Of a stretch of DNA of 64,000 nt, positions 52,501-63,268 are shown one piece after another (the first letter of the stretch is position 1; each line of letters starts with the position of its first letter). The translations under genes and the position numbers were made by a program. This stretch comes from Phoronis australis (Eukaryota > Animalia > Phoronida). The notes beneath the pieces are model-generated. The model saw only the letters and a program-made list of their open reading frames with translations, had not been told where the DNA came from and ran no database searches. The DNA lies in assembly GCA_002633005.1 (NCBI GenBank), contig NMRA01000068.1, positions 160,453 to 224,452 of the forward strand. The letters are read 5' to 3'.

Positions 52501-55500
52501 CCAAGTCTTACAATCCGGCCATGGAGAAGGAAATTTTCAGGCTCCCTCAGTTGCCCAATGTTGTTGCACTAGGTGAATTGGTATTGGAAGAAGGCCACGG
52601 TAGCGCTGAAGTACAGCAGCAAGTGGTCGTGTCGCTGCTGCGCGCTCTTGCCCGCTTCCAGACGGTTCACGGCACTCGAGTGCTTGTAATGCACTTTCGC
52701 GCCCGGGAGTCTACTTCACCCTTTCACTCTGGTCATCAGTACATGAAACGGTTGCTGAGTGACGTCTTGCCCAGAGCCCAACCAATCCAACTCCATTGTT
52801 TTTCTAGTAACCCTCAGGAGGTGCGATCATGGATGAAGGCTTTCCCTAATGTCTATTTCGGTTTTGCTGCCATTGCTTGCCATTTTTCCTCCCCCCAATC
52901 CAAAGCTCTGGCGGCCGTGCCCCTCAATCGGCTTCTATTGGAGACCGATTCCTTCCATTTAGCAACGTCCTCTCGACCTATGGCCCCATATTTCATCGGG
53001 GAAGTGGCCTGGAAGATAGCACGCCTGCGTCACTGTAATGCTGACTATACTTGTTGGAGCACTCGGCCAAGAACGCTGGTGTTTTATACAGATTGCAAGT
53101 CCGGAAAGGGTCTCTAGTGAGTATTTTTACCACTAGGTGTCTGCTCTCCAGTCCGGGGGGGGTGGGTGGTTCCCCATAAGGTTCCTATTTATTATTCATT
53201 TCATGTGTTCAAGGGTGCTGGCTCTTTGAACTTCTATATTATTTGATGGTACTTCTGTTCTTAACCCATATGTATTATGCTCTCATTCTGGGGGAACTGT
53301 CCTTGTGCTAGTAACATAATGGAGTTCCTCCTTTTTTTGGAGGGGGGAGAAGGGTCAAATTTTTCGGGCATTTTTTGATAAATTGGCAATGATGTTTCCC
53401 GGGTGGGTCCCACGCTTTTTAGGGAGGAGGGGAATGTTGTAATCGGCAACATCATTGGCCCTTTGTTTTTCCTGTGGCGTCTTGTGATTGGTCTGGCTTT
53501 GTGTGTTCCCCATATGTCCCATATATAAGTCGTTGGCGCCACTGTCGGATGAGTTTTTTTTCAAGAACCGGCAAGTCGTCCATGGTTGTCCCGCTTGGTG
53601 TCAACTGACAGACTTATTCCTTCATAAAAGTAAGTACTCTTGTGCCTAACTAGTGAACCTGTTGGAATACACATTCGTTCTCAATGAATTGCGACAAATG
53701 CTGAAGCCAATGTTCAGCTCACCACAGAGAATTCCGAAGTCATGAAACAATGTCAAAAGACCTTTAAAATAAAGAATAATATGTCTAACGTGGGTGCTGT
53801 GTCTTATGACCGGCTACAGTTTACATGGTAGGTGTCACAATGCACCATGTAGCCTAGGGTTCCATAAAATTGCGTGAAGCTGAAAAAACGACAAAGTAGA
53901 AACAGGCTCTCTTTTATTATAATAACTTGTCCAATCAAAAAGAATAATTGCATTTTGGAAACTCAGCGAGACATATTTAAAGAGAAAGTCAACGTTTTTT
54001 ATCAACAAAAAATAAATTTTAATTTCCACCATGTTTACTGAGTGAAGCCAAATCTCAAATCATTTACGAGACCTCATTGGCGTGCTTCTTGAAAAAGAAG
54101 TTTCAAGAGATATTTTAGTGAATTTGTGATTTATAATTTGTAATACACAAAAAACGGCAATAGCATTATTTTTTTAAACCTTTGCCTTATCTGAAATTGG
54201 CTGTGTGGCACTGCTTTTCAAGAAGCGCAGTGGAATTTTTTTGGAATCATTTACGAGACGTGCATAAATTCAACAATAGTGCGTTGATAAGGAAGATGTG
54301 GAAACTCAAATAACTCTACAAAGCTATGGTGATGTGTGAAATCATTGCAGTTTTGAAAGTTTTTGGTGAACATTTATGAAAAAATTGGCATTTGAAATCG
54401 GTTGCTTATCATTTACGAGCCTTCATTTACGGGACGACAATTTTATAATTAGGTCAAGTCCAATTAATTTCACCTACTATTGGCATGTGTGACATGAATA
54501 TAGGTCAATTTTTCAAGAACGAGCACGTGCGCTTCAGCTGACATCGATACTGTCTGAAAATATTCGCTAAAGAAGTCAACAGAACTTTTGGGTAAGTTTT
54601 CAGTAATGTCACTTTTATAATTCACATGTTTTAGGGTCGTTATTAACGTACTAGAAGAAGTGACGAAATACTTCCTGTGAAACATACTTTGATTAGAATT
54701 TGCTTGACATTGGTCGTACTAAATTCTTGTAAAAAATTGTCACGTAAATGATATCCAGTGTCCCGTAAGTGATTTGTTCTATTTTCACTCAAATTCATTT
54801 CATCTTTAAGTAGTAATTAAATTATTATCTGTGACGATACATAACTTAATGCAGCTGACCTTGCAAAAATAATGACATCTTTTATTTTATTTAATACCTA
54901 TTAATTAGAGTTTGTCACTTTGGTTTGCGTTGCGGAGTGCCAAAATACAAGTCTCAGCGGATGAAGGAATAGTCTAGAGAGCCCGTAAAAAGGCACAACT
55001 CGGTCACGAATGGCTTAGAAGAGAAAGTGAACGAGTTACGGGTATTTCGTACCAGTGTCAAAACTGACAGAAGTACAAAAAGTCGGAAGACAAGAAACCA
55101 ACAGAGTGTTAGCTGAGACCAAAGAAGTCAATATATAAGTGAAGCAAGGCAATTTTGTTTGTAAATATGAAGGTCGCCGATATCTCGGACAAGTCGTGGA
55201 CACAGATGATGTCGACTAGCCTGTGGAGGTCAACTTCTTGCAGCCGTCCATTAAAATGAGTGGATTGTTTATGTGGCCAGCCGAAGGAAACAAGATTTGG
55301 CTACGGAAAGATGACATCCTGAATCTCGTCCTGGACCTCGCACCAACTGGGAAAGCTGCAGAGTGTTCAAGGCGTCAGATGAATTGCTGGACTACCTTGA
55401 TTTTTCCTAATGACGTTTAAAGCCCAGTTAAAATTGCCGTTAAAAGGTTTTAACCTTAACAGTCTTTAGCCCAATTGTCAACGCTTAAGTTGTCATTTAC

Positions 55501-58044
55501 GGGACGTGACATGTGACGTGTTAGATGTCAGGCACAATTGTATAGCAAATGTAAAAATGTTGAATGCAAACTTTTGGATTTACCTGTACATGTACATGTG
55601 AGTTGTGTTACAAATGTCTCCACGTGCCTTCTTGCATCAGACAGTTGAATTGTAATCTGTTGTCATTTTTATTACGTAATCAGTTACATCAACTCATACA
55701 AGTGACAACAAATAGCCTTCAATACGTATACTATCCGTCATTATTTCATACCAGTTTTTCCTGAAGTGTAGGTGGTCAGAAATAATTTCCACCGACACAA
55801 TATCACTTGCCCCTCACTTACGGGACATGTTGTGTCATTCACGAGACTTCTTTAAATTCACTTAAGGATTTTTTAGTCATCGCATTACCGGATATTGGAT
55901 ACCAGTTTTTGAATGATCGATAGTCGCTAATGAAAATTAAGACAAGTGTAAACACCACGGCACCTGTTTTTATAAAACAGTTATAAACAAACGACGTGTT
56001 TTGAAAAAGTAAAAATTTAGTTCAAAAGTTAAATTTCTATATGTCCACGAAAAATACACAAGAAAGTAGAAAATACTAAGAGCTGTTTTTCTCGATTTTA
56101 ACAAGCATGCTGATTAATAAAATTGCACAATGAGATTGTTCGTTGTCAGTGATAACAAACTAGACCGAAAATTAACCCAACGAACGCGTTTTTATGTTTT
56201 CAAATAAATTATCCAGTTTCTCTAATAAAACAACAAAATAACTCTATAACTGCACTTGCTGAGCTGAGGAAATTGTTCAAAACTTATCATTCATACATTA
56301 AACTAAGAAAAAATAATACCTTAGCTCCAGATGAAGATACTTGAAAATCGAGTGTCTCAGGTGTCGAATTGTCGCGATTCATTGAGAATGGCTCTACAAC
56401 AAAACGTTGTCCTCCCTACTAATAGGGAGGACAATCAAAAAGTAGGTCACGGTGCTCCATATCTGCCTCCGTGTAAAACCCACGTCGGTAAATTACCCGA
56501 TTTCAGACTTCAAAGTTAACTATAAGACAATTTTGTGTTATAACTCGTTACCTTAGTCTTTATTTGTAAGTTTGTAATCTTTTTGTATCAAATTAGCGCT
56601 GATAAATCATTTTCTGTAAGCATTTTTTAGCGCACGATTTTCCGCCATGCGATCAACTTTCGAAAAAGTACCTCTTGTTCCTCCTATCCAAAAGAACACT
56701 ATACTCTCAAATACAAACATGAAATTTGGACAGGATGTAGTTTAGATGCGTGCGCATCTCCTCAAGTTGTTTTCTTGAAGTCAAGGCCAAGTTTTCATGG
56801 CGAGTTTTCGATCGTCCGGAAGGCCTAATTTTGGTCGGTCGGGAGATTGATGTTTTTCCAGTTGCGCAATATGCCCCCCCGATTTTTAGATGAGGAATTT
56901 ATCACTCTTGTAATTGGTAATTATTTAAATTTCAGAAATTCTGTCAAACTGCTGCGCATTGGCACTTTTCAAACAGCAGTCGTTAGTTCACTAAGTCGCC
57001 ACATGTCAGCGCCACCATCGGCTACGTTGAAGTTCAATGGCATCGCAACTTCACCGTTCGAAATAAAGTTATTACAAAGTTTTTGTTGCGTAAATGATGA
57101 AATCCTTTATGTTAAGAGTGATTTGTTTTCCCAAATGGTCTTTTGTCTACTTTCTGATGTTTTTTGCCATGATACGATCTAATAGTACATGGGTGGCACC
57201 CAGCACTGAAAAAAGTGGGGGAGCTATAGCCTCCCCCAGCCCCCTGTCACTGTCAGGCAATGATGTGTTGCCCATGTAGTAGTATTCAGGGGCAGATCTA
57301 GGATTTTTAGATAGGAGGGGAGGGCAGGGCAGAATATTACGCAGGATTTTATCCGTAAGATATTTGCACCCTCAAACTGCCAAATGAAATATGGGAGTTT
57401 TAGGGGGGCCACGGGCCAGGCCCCCTTGCCCCCCCCCAAATCCACCAATGTGATCTTGTGATTTGATGTGAAATTTCCTCCTAGCTCAGATGTATTTATT
57501 TCTGAGCTGATGTGGTGTCTTTGCTCTTTACCTTTTAAGCTGTGTAATCCATTGTTTTCATCAAACATGATGAGCCTGTTCTATATGCTATAACAACACA
57601 CTTAAACAGCAATATCTCTGTAGAAATCGACCCAAATTTCATATAATACACACCACCATGTTTGTCTCAATTAGACGAATCTTTTTATATGCAGCACATG
57701 TATACATTCTTTTATTTTTTACGAAATTATGTAAAAAGGCAGATATTTTACGCATAATCGTCGCGTTTCAACGGTCATTTTCTCGTCAACCGCTCATCCA
57801 ATTTTTCTGATTTTTGCACCATTTCATTTCTCACACCAAGGGCTTTTCAAAAATGTATGACACATGGATATTGTAAAAAAATTTAAAAAGCGTTGTCCTC
57901 CCTACTACTAACTAGTGAACTTGTAGTAATACAACACGCGCATGAATAACTTGGTCATACCTCAGCATCACTGTCAGAACTTTCTGAAAGAACTACAACG
58001 TCTTCGTCCTCTCCAATTGTACCAATATAATCCAGCCGTGACAT
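7598..58044 (-). CDS. DDX27: DEAD-box RNA helicase DDX27/DRS1 (18 coding exons visible, about 90 aa missing)
   Basis: Exons in transcription order: 57961-58044 ([15 protein letters not shown]), 31779-31862, 31172-31291 (TTLDEKIAK), 29786-29888, 29216-29271, 27437-27535 ([12 protein letters not shown]), 26007-26112 (PTPIQ..CAVTGSG), 22051-22224 (GKTAAF..PTRELA), 21479-21629 ([14 protein letters not shown]), 20847-20946 (QTMLFSAT), 19894-20035, 17819-17955 ([10 protein letters not shown]), [gap], 14228-14434, 12806-12870, 12137-12248, 9747-9843, 8855-8917 (FKSKSR), 7598-7613 (YKRK*). All GT-AG and phase-compatible except across the gap. Confidence 0.95.
9138..9461. repeat. 24-bp minisatellite
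   Basis: Unit ACATCTGATCACTGCCCGTCCAGA, about 13 copies, intronic. Confidence 0.92.
10452..11908. mobile_element. Tc1/mariner(pogo)-like non-autonomous element with a HIRAN-like remnant
   Basis: TIRs CCATATTTGCCGTAACAACCGCCCA / TGGGCGGTTATTACGGCGAATACGG with TA TSD; a related inverted segment lies at about 2340-2810. Confidence 0.75.
13081..13606. mobile_element. hAT-like non-autonomous element inserted in a SINE
   Basis: TIR CAGGGCTTGGAAT / ATTCCAAGCCTTG; 6-bp TSD AGTACT; empty site seen in the SINE copy near 13885. Confidence 0.75.
13778..13912 (+). mobile_element. tRNA-derived SINE
   Basis: A-box-like TAGCTCAGTGGTA and B-box-like GGTTCAATTCC, followed by a body shared with copies at about 12915-12992 (-) and 12994-13080 (+). 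Confidence 0.7.
14403..14577 (-). repeat. About 57-62-bp tandem repeat spanning a DDX27 splice acceptor
   Basis: Three copies of ACTGATTTTGT..TCTGAA..AGTG(T/C)AAGCT; the first overlaps exon 14228-14434. Confidence 0.8.
14940..15409 (+). mobile_element. 3' end of a CR1/L2-like LINE
   Basis: [31 protein letters not shown] resembles the ORF2 C-terminus, followed by an AT-rich UTR, AATAAA and an A run. Confidence 0.6.
18640..19341. repeat. 49-bp minisatellite
   Basis: Unit TACACAGGTTGTTAGTGGGTAGTGGCAGAACTAAGGACCAACACAAGTA, about 14 copies, intronic. Confidence 0.93.
22547..23845. mobile_element. hAT-like non-autonomous element (5-bp TSD)
   Basis: Imperfect TIR CAATGCTTCCCCTG / CAGGGGAAACCCTG; flanks CGCAA / CACAA; contains a 70-bp MITE at 23069-23138. 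Confidence 0.6.
23910..25993. mobile_element. hAT-like non-autonomous element (5-bp TSD)
   Basis: TIR CAGTGTTCTCCACA / TGTGGAGAACACAG; CACAA on both sides; subterminal AAACAGGACGC repeats at 25888-25960. Confidence 0.7.
32918..33155 (+). mobile_element. tRNA-derived SINE (second family)
   Basis: GTGGCCTGGTTG..GGTTCAAGTCCC head, CCCTTGAGC core, T-rich tail; related inverted copy at about 29300-29490. Confidence 0.6.
33865..35046 (+). pseudogene. Integrase (rve core, SH3-like C-terminus) with C-terminal PHD finger, copy A
   Basis: [34 protein letters not shown]; WKGP; [35 protein letters not shown]. Confidence 0.92.
35069..36079 (+). pseudogene. ORF3 N-terminal part (C2H2 finger + unknown conserved domain), copy A
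   Basis: ATG directly after a tttcag acceptor; CPLC..HIFTRH finger; DLAG and CFHWYV blocks match ORF3 of copy B; frameshift near 35715; TatD part deleted. Confidence 0.8.
36869..38283 (+). pseudogene. gag of copy B (HhH-like N-terminus, capsid, coiled coil, CCHC knuckle)
   Basis: [26 protein letters not shown]; [22 protein letters not shown]; [14 protein letters not shown] in a shifted frame; premature TAG at 37265. Confidence 0.88.
38271..42755 (+). pseudogene. pol of copy B: protease, RT, RNase H, integrase, PHD finger
   Basis: IDCGAD protease; [28 protein letters not shown] (catalytic DD mutated); LDCDVSD RNase H; CH..AHQG..CSAC; rve core; [33 protein letters not shown]; several stops and frameshifts. 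Confidence 0.95.
42774..44506 (+). pseudogene. ORF3 of copy B: C2H2 finger + unknown domain + TatD-family deoxyribonuclease
   Basis: TatD motifs in order: [53 protein letters not shown]; upstream CPLCG..HSLTNH; frameshifts present. Confidence 0.92.
46219..47793 (+). pseudogene. gag of copy C (HhH-like N-terminus, RS-rich linker, capsid, CCHC knuckle)
   Basis: [29 protein letters not shown]; [13 protein letters not shown]; [14 protein letters not shown]; internal stops. Confidence 0.88.
47766..51930 (+). pseudogene. pol of copy C (protease, RT, RNase H, N-terminal integrase)
   Basis: LDSGAD; YCIDYRALN; FLDNILV (DD mutated); LDCDVSD..RTDHSSL; [15 protein letters not shown]; truncated by a deletion after AAVGQF. 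Confidence 0.93.
50497..51133 (+). mobile_element. 5'-truncated non-LTR retrotransposon with C-terminal RNase H (Ingi/I-group-like), nested in pol of copy C
   Basis: 13-bp TSD ACAAACACTCGCT (50484-50496, 51134-51146); RNase HI motifs [32 protein letters not shown]; short repeated tail CAGGTATTATT(A); copy A shows the empty site. Confidence 0.88.
51934..53117 (+). pseudogene. ORF3 C-terminal TatD-family nuclease of copy C
   Basis: [23 protein letters not shown] (shifted frame), [34 protein letters not shown]. Confidence 0.9.
53676..56394. mobile_element. Degenerate DNA transposon with TIRs (Sola-like GAG..CTC terminus, tentative)
   Basis: Inverted repeat TTCTCAATGAATTGCGACAA (53678) / TTGTCGCGATTCATTGAGAATGGCTC (to 56394); many internal CATTTACG(A/G)GAC motifs; coding remnant [23 protein letters not shown] near 55150-55350. 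Confidence 0.65.
57188..57276. mobile_element. Tiny CATGGG..CCCATG MITE
   Basis: 5-bp TSD TAGTA; the sister copy 23069-23138 has TSD ATAAA; another MITE-like element (CAGGGGCAGATCTAGG..) follows at about 57287-57450. Confidence 0.7.
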
Positions 58045-58390
58045 TGTATCTAACCAGCTAACCTCCTCACGCTAACACGAACCCTACCACATACCAAACC
58101 GCTACCAAACATGAAACATGTGGAGTACGGAACCCGGAAATTACGTTCAGAGGAGAATTCGGGAGAGTCATTAATAATAGAAATGCGACTAGATCAGTGT
58201 AATTGAAAAAAGTAAATGATAATTTCTTGCTATTTTGTTTCTCACACACAAGTCTAACACACTTTATTACTAGAAATTAATTCATAATCATTTTGGCGCG
58301 AAATTTATCGTGGTGATTTTGCACAACTTCCGGTCGTTGATCTCTCATTTTTCCATTTTCACAGTGTTTGAGAAGTGTTTGCTGAAAAGT
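58045..58390. promoter_or_regulatory. Putative bidirectional promoter DDX27/FEN1
   Basis: 346 bp between divergent ATGs; E2F-type site TTTTGGCGCGAAA at 58291-58303 and ETS-like ACTTCCGG near 58326. Confidence 0.65.
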
Positions 58391-61300
58391 ATGGGAATTC
58401 AAGGACTCGCGAAATTGATTGCTGATGCTGCTCCAAGTGCAGTAAAAGAGAACGAAATTAAAAATTACTTTGGTGAGATGATTTGACCTATGCTCACGTG
58501 AAAAATTAGCGAACATGAGCTTTGTGACTTTGTGTAGTAACTGGTGCAGACTCATTTATTATTATTAGTAGTAGTAGTGGTACACTGACTATATATGTAA
58601 ATAAAATAACGTATAATTCAACTAATCTTTTTTTCAACTATTGGCGATCTTATTCACCAAACAATTGTCTTAACCAATCACAAATTCCTCCGATTCTTTG
58701 ACACAAGTTACGGTAAAGGAGAAAATGAGTGATCATGAGGCAAATAATTACAAAAATTCTTTACCGTGAGTGAACAAAAAATTTCACCTGATTGCCCAAA
58801 TATATGTCACCTGATTGCCCAAATATATGTTCAGGATTTCAAGTTCACGCACAGCAAGTCAACCAAATGCGCTCTAGACCCAGTGCTTCTAATGCAGCTT
58901 ACCTGATGTCCTGGTGATTCTGGCATCATCAGGTAAGCTGCAGTATAGTAATGTGGTAAAAGGGCCACACAACAAACGGTTGTAGAAAACATGTTCACAA
59001 ACTCTGAATAATAGTCCATTTCTGGCCCTGGCAGTGTACATATATAGTGTACCTAATTATCGGACAGACCCTAAATGTCACACATTACATAAAACCTTAC
59101 TTAAAGCATAATCTGAGAATTAAATGACAGCAATTTTTTGTTGCACTGTAATGCATTCAATGTCAGGCACTGTCTCGTTTTTTATAGCGTTGCCTAGTTT
59201 TGATTTTATGGAGAGAGGGTGTAATTTAGATCCCCAAGTCGGCCTAAAATGGACGATCACATAAATCGGTTATTAGAGTTGAAAACAAAATCTTTTTCCA
59301 CAATGAAGTCACCTAAATGAACTGAAAGTAAGTCACTTGTTACATTTTTTCTTTTGTTTTTAAATTCAAGTCAAACCCCGGCCATGCACGCTTGTGTCAT
59401 ATCAAGAAGGCAAAGAGATACTAAAAACTGCCGTGAGGTTGCATGTGCTTAAGTTGTCTGCGCTGATTCATCGAAACAACTTGGCGCTGTTATCAAATTT
59501 CATTTTATGGATGATTTTGTTGCGAACGGAGCTGTGTTCTAGCAGCAAATGTATCAAAACACTCGAGCAGCAATTTGGCGACAAGATGCCCGCGGCCATC
59601 ACTTGGTTAGTCAGTTTTCCAGGGTGTGTTGTATGGGGAAACATGGTGTCTTTAGGTTCTCCAAAAGTTTTCTAGTTGTGTTTTTTAAAGATCAGTCAGA
59701 ACATAAATGTGGCTTTCGGTGACAAGATATAGTAATAGAATAATTCCGTAAAGGTTAGTCTTTATTTCAGTATAGAATTTACAACAATCCGTAGTATTTT
59801 CAATTATATATATGTGCCAAAACATTCAATAATTAGGTCACTTGACTGTAGTGAGATGTATTCCGCAGACATGAGAACCTCCAAAAATGCAAGATTTTGT
59901 CAAAGATAAGATTTGTTTTGATAAGATTCTTTTTTAGAGAGAATAAAAACATGTTTAGCATCAGCTTGTCTATCACATGGTTATCTAAAACAATAAACAA
60001 GGTAAAGAATATTAATAATTAAAAATGAATAAGAATAATTTTAAGATAAGATATAAACAGATGAGAATGACTAAGTAAAATAGAATGATTATAAATATTA
60101 AATGTTAGATTACATATACAATTAAGTGAGAGATAGGTAAGAGGGATTGTTTTATAAATAATTTAAGAGACGCAATCTGTCCAATGTAGTCTGGTAAAAA
60201 ATCCATTTTTTGACAGAGTCAGCTATAAAATGCTTGCTTAACAATGAGGCCCTGTGTCTGTATCACGAAATTATGTAATAAAGCATGTCTAGTTCTAATA
60301 CTGTGACTCTCACAGACAGATACCATTTCAGATACCATGATGAGTAAAGAAGGGAGTACAACGTACACCATTACATGATTATTTAGAACTGCAGGAAATC
60401 TGGCTAGGTTATCGCTGTGGTTGGGTACTGCTTGACCTTGAACAAAGGTCAATCATAGTCTGACCCCAATCAAAGGTCAAGCAGCAGTCAATCATCCGTG
60501 TTACGTAGTGGCGAGATTGTGAGCTTTGCCATACTCCTGGCAGTTCTATGTTGCAATGTAACGACTTATGCTACTCCATGGTTTACCATGCTTACTTAGT
60601 GTGTATACTGGCTGGAGGTATCTTCTCAGAGAACAAAATAGGCTCTCATACACCGTATTTACGCAGTCGCTATTTTAAAAGTGAGCCTCTTTTTAGGTTT
60701 TAAAAACAATGCATTTTGCGCTTAAGTACAGCACACAGCATGATTTTTTTGGCGTGCCTCGTTATATTCTTGTCTCAAGTACATTGTTTTTTAAATCTAC
60801 TAAAATGGCGACTGCGTGAATAAAGTCTATAGGTGTAGTAATTACCATATCTTCACACAGTACAAAGGTAGACATGTTCAAACTTCCACGTCATGTCATG
60901 TCAAATGAGAAATTGTTCATCAAAACACTCCTATTTGTCAAGTGAAGCTTATGTTACTCACTTTAATTTTCATTTGAAATCCTCATAAACTACTGTCTTC
61001 ATTGCTGAATGTACAGAAATGCCAAGCGGACCTCACGAAATGGCTACTTCGCAGCATTGGCCAAGAAAATGGGCTAAAAGCAGATATCTGTACATCACCA
61101 TGAACTGATAAAGTAGCTATAAACTTGCCTTCCATCAACAGGACCAAACTTTCATTTGCACTTACCGTTAGGAAATTGGTCTCAAAATTTTCCTTACTAC
61201 CATTTGAGGTGACAGTTTCATAGAACTGATAATTCGTTATTGTTTGAGACCAGGCTCTAAAAGTTTGTCATTTTATCTGCCGTGTTATAAAAACCTCCCG

Positions 61301-63268
61301 TTTGGTTTCAACTCTAGACGACATCCATTTCCTAGTGCTAAATGCTAAAATCAGATATCAATCTAATCAATTGTTAAGTGTTCTCACGTTTTTTGCCCGG
61401 CATTACAACTTGTAGATCAATTATCTTCCACAGTTTAAAGAATTACTGAATTGGGTTCCAGAGAACAAAAGCCTAACACATTTATTTCTTTGAATTTTTG
61501 TTCAATTTCTTGTGCTAAAAATTGCTATCCTATTGTAAATTTTCACTTCAATTTCAGAACCTAAACATTTTGAAAAAATCAACAGTTTTAGTCCACATTA
61601 TATCAAGTTATTTTATGTTTGGAATATGTCCCGAAAATAATTTGTGCGTCGCAAGCTCTGTTTCCAGAGATACAAAGGAGACCGTGTATAGGCGATATAA
61701 GGTCATTTATTATGACTGAATATTATTGCCAGGAAATCATCACTAATGTGGTGAATGATCTGCTCCAAACGATGCAACCTTAGATCAGTGCTCGTGATAA
61801 ACGTCTTGGCGACAATGGCTCTAGTGCAAATCTATTGACGAGGTATAAGGTGCCATGGAACATGTTGAGTTGTGATTGGATATGGTCTCAAAGAATAACA
61901 GTGCCAGTTCTTTGCAAAACCTCAAAGCACTTCCAGTTTGAATAAGGAACAAGTTTGTCACTACTTTAAGAAATATTATTGGTCGAAGTCATTGGGTGTT
62001 ACCAAAGATGCATAATTCAAAACCTGTCATACCTGGCTCGATTTGGCAACTTGCAGGTCACCAATGTGACCTCAAATTTATGTTTTACGACTCGGTAGAA
62101 ATCCCAAGTAATCATTTTAAGTGTTCAAGGCTTTTCTTTAAGGAAAAACACGTTTATGGCTTATCTGCAAAATGAAGTTGATCGATGGTATCATTAATAC
62201 TGCAGAGTCTAAACTACGCATATTGGTTCTTAGTAGCTGTTGATGTTTCTGCCATTTTACTGTTTACGAGCACCCAGGCTTATATTTCAGGTACTGGACA
62301 GATAAGGAATACATAAGATTCCGAATATATGCCCTGAGGTTTCTATCACAAATTCCCAGTTAGAGAATCTGATTGTTTCCGCCGGTTATGTTTTAGGCCG
62401 CAAAGTAGCAATTGATGCGTCCATGTGTATCTATCAGTTTCTGATCGCTGTACGGCAGCAAGATGGCAGTCAGCTAACAAATGAACAAGGAGAAATCACC
62501 AGGTATGGAGTAGTGTTAAGATCCTTGTGCTCCGTTTATGTTCTGTACATTAGGATCTCAAGTTATGAACGTATACAGTGTTGACATCTAAATCCTTATC
62601 AGGTGTCGGATAGAATGTGAATCTGCCATTGGATGGATAGCTCTCAGTTTTAGGTGGGTGTCGAACATAATTTGTCCAACTGCCTACAATTGTTTGAAAA
62701 CTTGTGTGTTCAGATTGGACCAAAAAATGCTAGCGAACGCATTTGATTTGTCGGCAGTGTTTTTGCTAAGTTAGGAACCCCTAATTAACGCTGAAAGATT
62801 TGTTGTTACTTTAAATGCTACATAATGAGTTGTTTACTGGATTTAATCATCCCTTGCCATCCACACTCGATCACAAAGCATGGTTACATTCTAAACAAAC
62901 CCAACTAGAGTTTGATACAAGGTGCCCTCATTTTGAGAACGAGTTTGGTGCCTGTTATTGAGTGGAGAAAACTGGTTCTCAAAATGCCGGCATCTTATAT
63001 CTGAGTATTACCCAGCTAGTCTTAAATTCTGACACCCTGTGGATATTATTCGTGTCTGTAGCATTTCATTATAGCTCACAGAAGTGATTAACGACTTCAT
63101 TGTTGAATTTTTGAAATGTTACTGCTAGGTTTATAATTGGGTGTGGACTTACTTTTTTCTTTCAGTCACTTAATGGGCACATTTTATCGTACTATACGAA
63201 TGGTAGAAAATGGTATCAAGCCTGTGTATGTATTTGATGGGAAACCACCTGAAATGAAGTCGGGAGAG
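58391..63268 (+). CDS. FEN1: Flap endonuclease 1 (first three coding exons; gene continues beyond the window)
   Basis: Exons 58391-58472 ([28 protein letters not shown]), 62397-62502 ([24 protein letters not shown]), 63166-63268 ([34 protein letters not shown]); GT-AG, phases consistent. Confidence 0.96.

Larger units (their letters stand above)
45484..53673 (+). mobile_element. Ty3/gypsy LTR retrotransposon copy C (family 1), internal deletion and nested LINE
   Basis: 5' LTR 45484-45728 with a tandem duplication of its 3' part to 45826; PBS TGGCGTAGTCGGCA at 45829 (tRNA-Ser); PPT 53421-53434; 3' LTR 53435-53673; LTR of the same family as copy A; no TSD found. Confidence 0.95.

Noticed and set aside
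43640-63268. Functional link between the element-borne TatD and the neighbouring nuclease gene FEN1
   Set aside because: Different folds; proximity is explained by insertion into the DDX27 intron.
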